Of a stretch of DNA of 64,000 bases, positions 61,328-64,000 are shown piece after piece. The notes beneath the pieces were generated by a model. That model did not search any database and was not told the DNA's origin. It worked only from the letters and a program-made list of their open reading frames with translations. Positions within the stretch are counted from its first letter, which is position 1. Each line of letters begins with the position of its first letter. The position numbers and the translations under genes were made by a program. Origin of the DNA: Diplonema japonicum. Its lineage: Eukaryota; Protista; Euglenozoa: Diplonemea. The stretch is taken from the NCBI GenBank assembly GCA_964019335.1, contig OZ025704.1, positions 434,001 through 498,000 of the forward strand, read 5' to 3'.

Positions 61328-63790
61328 ATGGAAAATGCTCAGATGCAGTTGCTGACGGCACTCAGTCTTTACTTTCTTGGTGCTTCTGGCGAGATGCTGC
61401 CCGGCCTATCGGATCCCGTGCTGTACATGAATGTAGACACAAAGACGATCTTGGATCTGAATCTGAAGACAAGCGCTCCCCAGTGGAGTTTGGGTGCATG
61501 GACAGGGCTGCTAGCAGATGAGCTAAACATAGCAGACAACAGAGCAAAGGTATGGCGTATCGCAGGGGGTGCTACGGAGAGCTCCTTCCAAGTTGCAAGC
61601 AGGATCGTCAAGGAGTACGCGTCACCCGCAGTAAGGCAAGTGAAGATGGGCGTTCCACTGCATGGTGACTTTTACATAGGAAACATCGAGGGCATCTCCA
61701 AGGCAGGGCTCCGCACCATCGCGCAGCTGGCAGTCAAAGACGTGGCAGCCATGTATGGTGTGGAGCGTGAGACAGTTCATGCATTGTGCACATCGGAGAC
61801 CACAGGCATCCAAGTGAGGTACTCTGTAGACCTGAAGCACAACAACGACCCACAAGAAGTACTCACGACGTACATCAGCCACATGACACCGAAAGGATAC
61901 CTCACGACATCCACCAGACAAGGTTTACTTGAAGCAATTGGTGGTGATACGACGGCGACTCTCTTAAAAAGTGAGACAACAACAAGCACCCTGACGCTCC
62001 AAGGCATTATCCTCATCTTTTTAACACCTGCGGAAATAGAGCTCTTAAGTAGGGAAGCTGCGAAGTCCATCGCCAAGGTCATAGACGTGTCGCAGGCGTC
62101 TGTGAACACTTTGATGAGAAGCGGTGTTTCCGTGTCGCATGTTGACTTCACAGTCAGCAGCGGCTCCGGGAAGACAAAGGCCGAACTTGACTCCATGCTG
62201 GCAAGCAAGCTGAACGACACCGACATAAGCAATATCCAAACACTGTGGGAACAGATGACTACTCTGGTATTCAAAGGCGCAGGTGCATCGAACAGTAGTG
62301 CTGTACTATGCCGTGGTGTAGGTTGTGAGACGGTAGGTTCCCCACCACTAGTGCAAGGCGGTGTAGGGTGGTACATATTCCCAGCCATGGACATTGAAGA
62401 AGAGCCAAACAGTAGAAATGCTTTAGAGAACTCACTGCTGCTTGACATCAGCAACCAGTACGGTGTATCTGCAACCTCTATCTCTGTTCAGTTACAAAGA
62501 AGTCAGCCGGGGAAGGCGGTGTTTTCAGTTATCTCAACCGTACCTCAAGTCCAAACAAGGGCCGACAACCTGTTCAGCACAGCTGCAGGTCTGAGTTTCC
62601 CTCTTCTTGAGCAGGCCTATGCATCTGTCCAGACGAATGGCTCAGTGGAAGTTGACAAAAATGCAAGCAGGCAGCCGGAGTTGCTGGACAGATCATACCT
62701 CTTACTTGAACCTGTGAACAAGGCAACCTTTGACGTGCAGGCGTTCCAAAGTTCAGTCATTGAGGAGATGGGTCTCGGCGACTGCAACATGTCGCCTGTT
62801 GTGACTGTTAGCAGCTATGGCGACACACAGTACCTAAAGGCAACCGTGCAGGGGTGCGAAAGGACACATACCAACGCATCTTTGATATCAGTTCAATTTA
62901 CTGAGGGCACACCATCTCCCGTAGATCTTCGGTCAGCCGTGCTGTCGTCATCGCTGTGCTGCAAGGACACCTGCCTCATGGCTGTTTTCTGCACCAAGCT
63001 GGGTATCGTAAACGTGGACTTGTCCCATCTGTCGTGCCCTGCTATGAACGCTTCTCTGCACTGCCAAGCAAAAAAAGAGTGCATATGGAAGGAGGGCTCT
63101 TGTGCCACGCAGGTCCTTCCGACACAATCTACAACAGCTGCGCCGTTGACCCCCACTCCAGACAGCAGCAACGACTTTCCTTGGTTTCTTGTAACTATCG
63201 CCGGCGGTTCTGCGTTGCTGTGTCTCATTCTACTGGCTGTAGTACTGACATGCATCAAGAAGCGGCGTGGGGGTCTAAGCATTACGAAGGCAAGAGAAGA
63301 ACCAAAAGAGTTCCAAGAGTTCGCCTCACCGTCCGATATGGCCAACCCGCACCGCCTTCCTGAGAATGTGACTCCTCACTTGCATCCCATTGCACTACCA
63401 ACTGTCGTTTCCCCCAGCTCTGCTCAAGGGCCTGAGACCTTGTACCCGTCGCCTCCACACAAAGTGCCCTTTCGTCTCCCGCCACCACCTGTAGCCACAT
63501 CACAGGGAGTTGGCTCGGGAAGCGGTTCTCAGGGACAGGCATGGTACCCTGCGACTGAAGTCTTGTCACCTCCTCCTCTGCTCAAGGCCTTACCATTTGA
63601 TCCCAATGAGACACCTGTGCCGAAGTACAAAGATGTCCTGCCAGCTTTGTCTGACGTTAATCCATTGAAGGGCATGAATCCACTTGCGATGCATGACATG
63701 ACTGCAGCACGGACAACTACCCTAAGAGCACTCGATAGGCATAACCACGAGGGGGCTCCACAAGTATGTACAGAGTTTGTCAACGCGTAA
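61328..63790 (+). CDS. Type I membrane protein with repeated alpha/beta ectodomain modules, a Cys-rich segment and a Pro-rich tail (820 aa)
   Basis: Signal peptide; recurrent x-A-x3-G/D-V-x4-V/I modules; the Cys cluster CPAMNASLHCQAKKECIWKEGSC; TM WFLVTIAGGSALLCLILLAVVLTCI followed by KKRR. Confidence 0.8.
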   Translation: MENAQMQLLTALSLYFLGASGEMLPGLSDPVLYMNVDTKTILDLNLKTSAPQWSLGAWTGLLADELNIADNRAKVWRIAGGATESSFQVASRIVKEYASPAVRQVKMGVPLHGDFYIGNIEGISKAGLRTIAQLAVKDVAAMYGVERETVHALCTSETTGIQVRYSVDLKHNNDPQEVLTTYISHMTPKGYLTTSTRQGLLEAIGGDTTATLLKSETTTSTLTLQGIILIFLTPAEIELLSREAAKSIAKVIDVSQASVNTLMRSGVSVSHVDFTVSSGSGKTKAELDSMLASKLNDTDISNIQTLWEQMTTLVFKGAGASNSSAVLCRGVGCETVGSPPLVQGGVGWYIFPAMDIEEEPNSRNALENSLLLDISNQYGVSATSISVQLQRSQPGKAVFSVISTVPQVQTRADNLFSTAAGLSFPLLEQAYASVQTNGSVEVDKNASRQPELLDRSYLLLEPVNKATFDVQAFQSSVIEEMGLGDCNMSPVVTVSSYGDTQYLKATVQGCERTHTNASLISVQFTEGTPSPVDLRSAVLSSSLCCKDTCLMAVFCTKLGIVNVDLSHLSCPAMNASLHCQAKKECIWKEGSCATQVLPTQSTTAAPLTPTPDSSNDFPWFLVTIAGGSALLCLILLAVVLTCIKKRRGGLSITKAREEPKEFQEFASPSDMANPHRLPENVTPHLHPIALPTVVSPSSAQGPETLYPSPPHKVPFRLPPPPVATSQGVGSGSGSQGQAWYPATEVLSPPPLLKALPFDPNETPVPKYKDVLPALSDVNPLKGMNPLAMHDMTAARTTTLRALDRHNHEGAPQVCTEFVNA

Positions 63791-64000
63791 TGCACCACAG
63801 TTAGCATTGAAGATAGATGAGCTTGATCTCAGCGTTTAGATTAGATTGTTAGCACATTGTGCATATTGCTTGTTAAAAAGTAGATTAGTCCATACTTTAC
63901 GTTCGTGCATCGCTCATTAACATACTCGAATAGGTTTGGTATGACATGTCGGTTTGGACTTCACGGAATGCTTCTGTCACACCGTCTGTTGCTTTAAGGA

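Larger units (their letters stand above)
9626..63790 (+). other. Directional (polycistronic-type) gene cluster of 28 same-strand genes with putative trans-splice acceptors
   Basis: All supported CDS are on +. Gaps are often 60-100 nt. YAG acceptors lie 2-20 nt before many ATGs (11198, 14896, 19368, 21665, 36882, 44191, 46295, 46939, 57901, 61325). Confidence 0.85.

Noticed and set aside
12053-63807. Minus-strand and alternative-frame ORFs overlapping the long + genes (e.g. 16641-17564, 17910-18941, 30805-31488)
   Set aside because: These are antisense shadows of biased coding sequence (S/L/C-rich), with no motifs, and they conflict with the strict + orientation.
1-64000. tRNA, rRNA, SL RNA or snRNA genes
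   Set aside because: No cloverleaf, rRNA-like segment or SL exon consensus was recognised by eye. tRNAscan-SE or Infernal would be needed to exclude them.

Overview
Eukaryotic nuclear DNA, most consistent with a diplonemid-like euglenozoan; this is inferred from gene organisation and protein content and not confirmed by a search. Positions 1-9.6 kb are gene-poor and homopolymer-rich. They contain palindromic and inverted-repeat element relics, including a likely tyrosine-recombinase (Crypton-like) remnant. From 9.6 kb to the end I can build 28 protein-coding genes, all on the + strand and often only 60-100 nt apart. Most have an AG acceptor a few nt before the ATG, as expected for a polycistronic, SL-trans-spliced cluster. 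The ORF track misses or mis-terminates many genes because of 18 very short (31-81 nt) GTA(TG)...AG introns with mostly A/C-rich 3' ends. Splicing them reveals a hidden 118-aa mitochondrial-type membrane protein and rejoins several split ORFs. Recognisable products are an MVP/vault-like SPFH protein with 13 repeats and an N-terminal MGC acylation motif, an atypical SDR epimerase, an NDUFAF6-like factor, a cAR/GCR1-like 7TM receptor, a cryptic-mitofilin (Mic34-like) protein, a two-pore K+ channel with an internal EF-hand-like pair, a PNUTS-like PP1 regulator, a glycerol-3-phosphate acyltransferase, an EAF-like factor, an atypical Arf-like GTPase, a VARP-like VPS9 GEF, a SHOCT-NYN-MIF4G fusion, an ankyrin/PDZ protein, a Ubl-CaaX protein and a GT61 glycosyltransferase. 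The best candidates for undescribed biology are the extended membrane-anchored vault-like protein and the SHOCT-NYN-MIF4G ribonuclease. All family calls come from manual motif recognition. Homopolymer lengths may be sequencing-limited.
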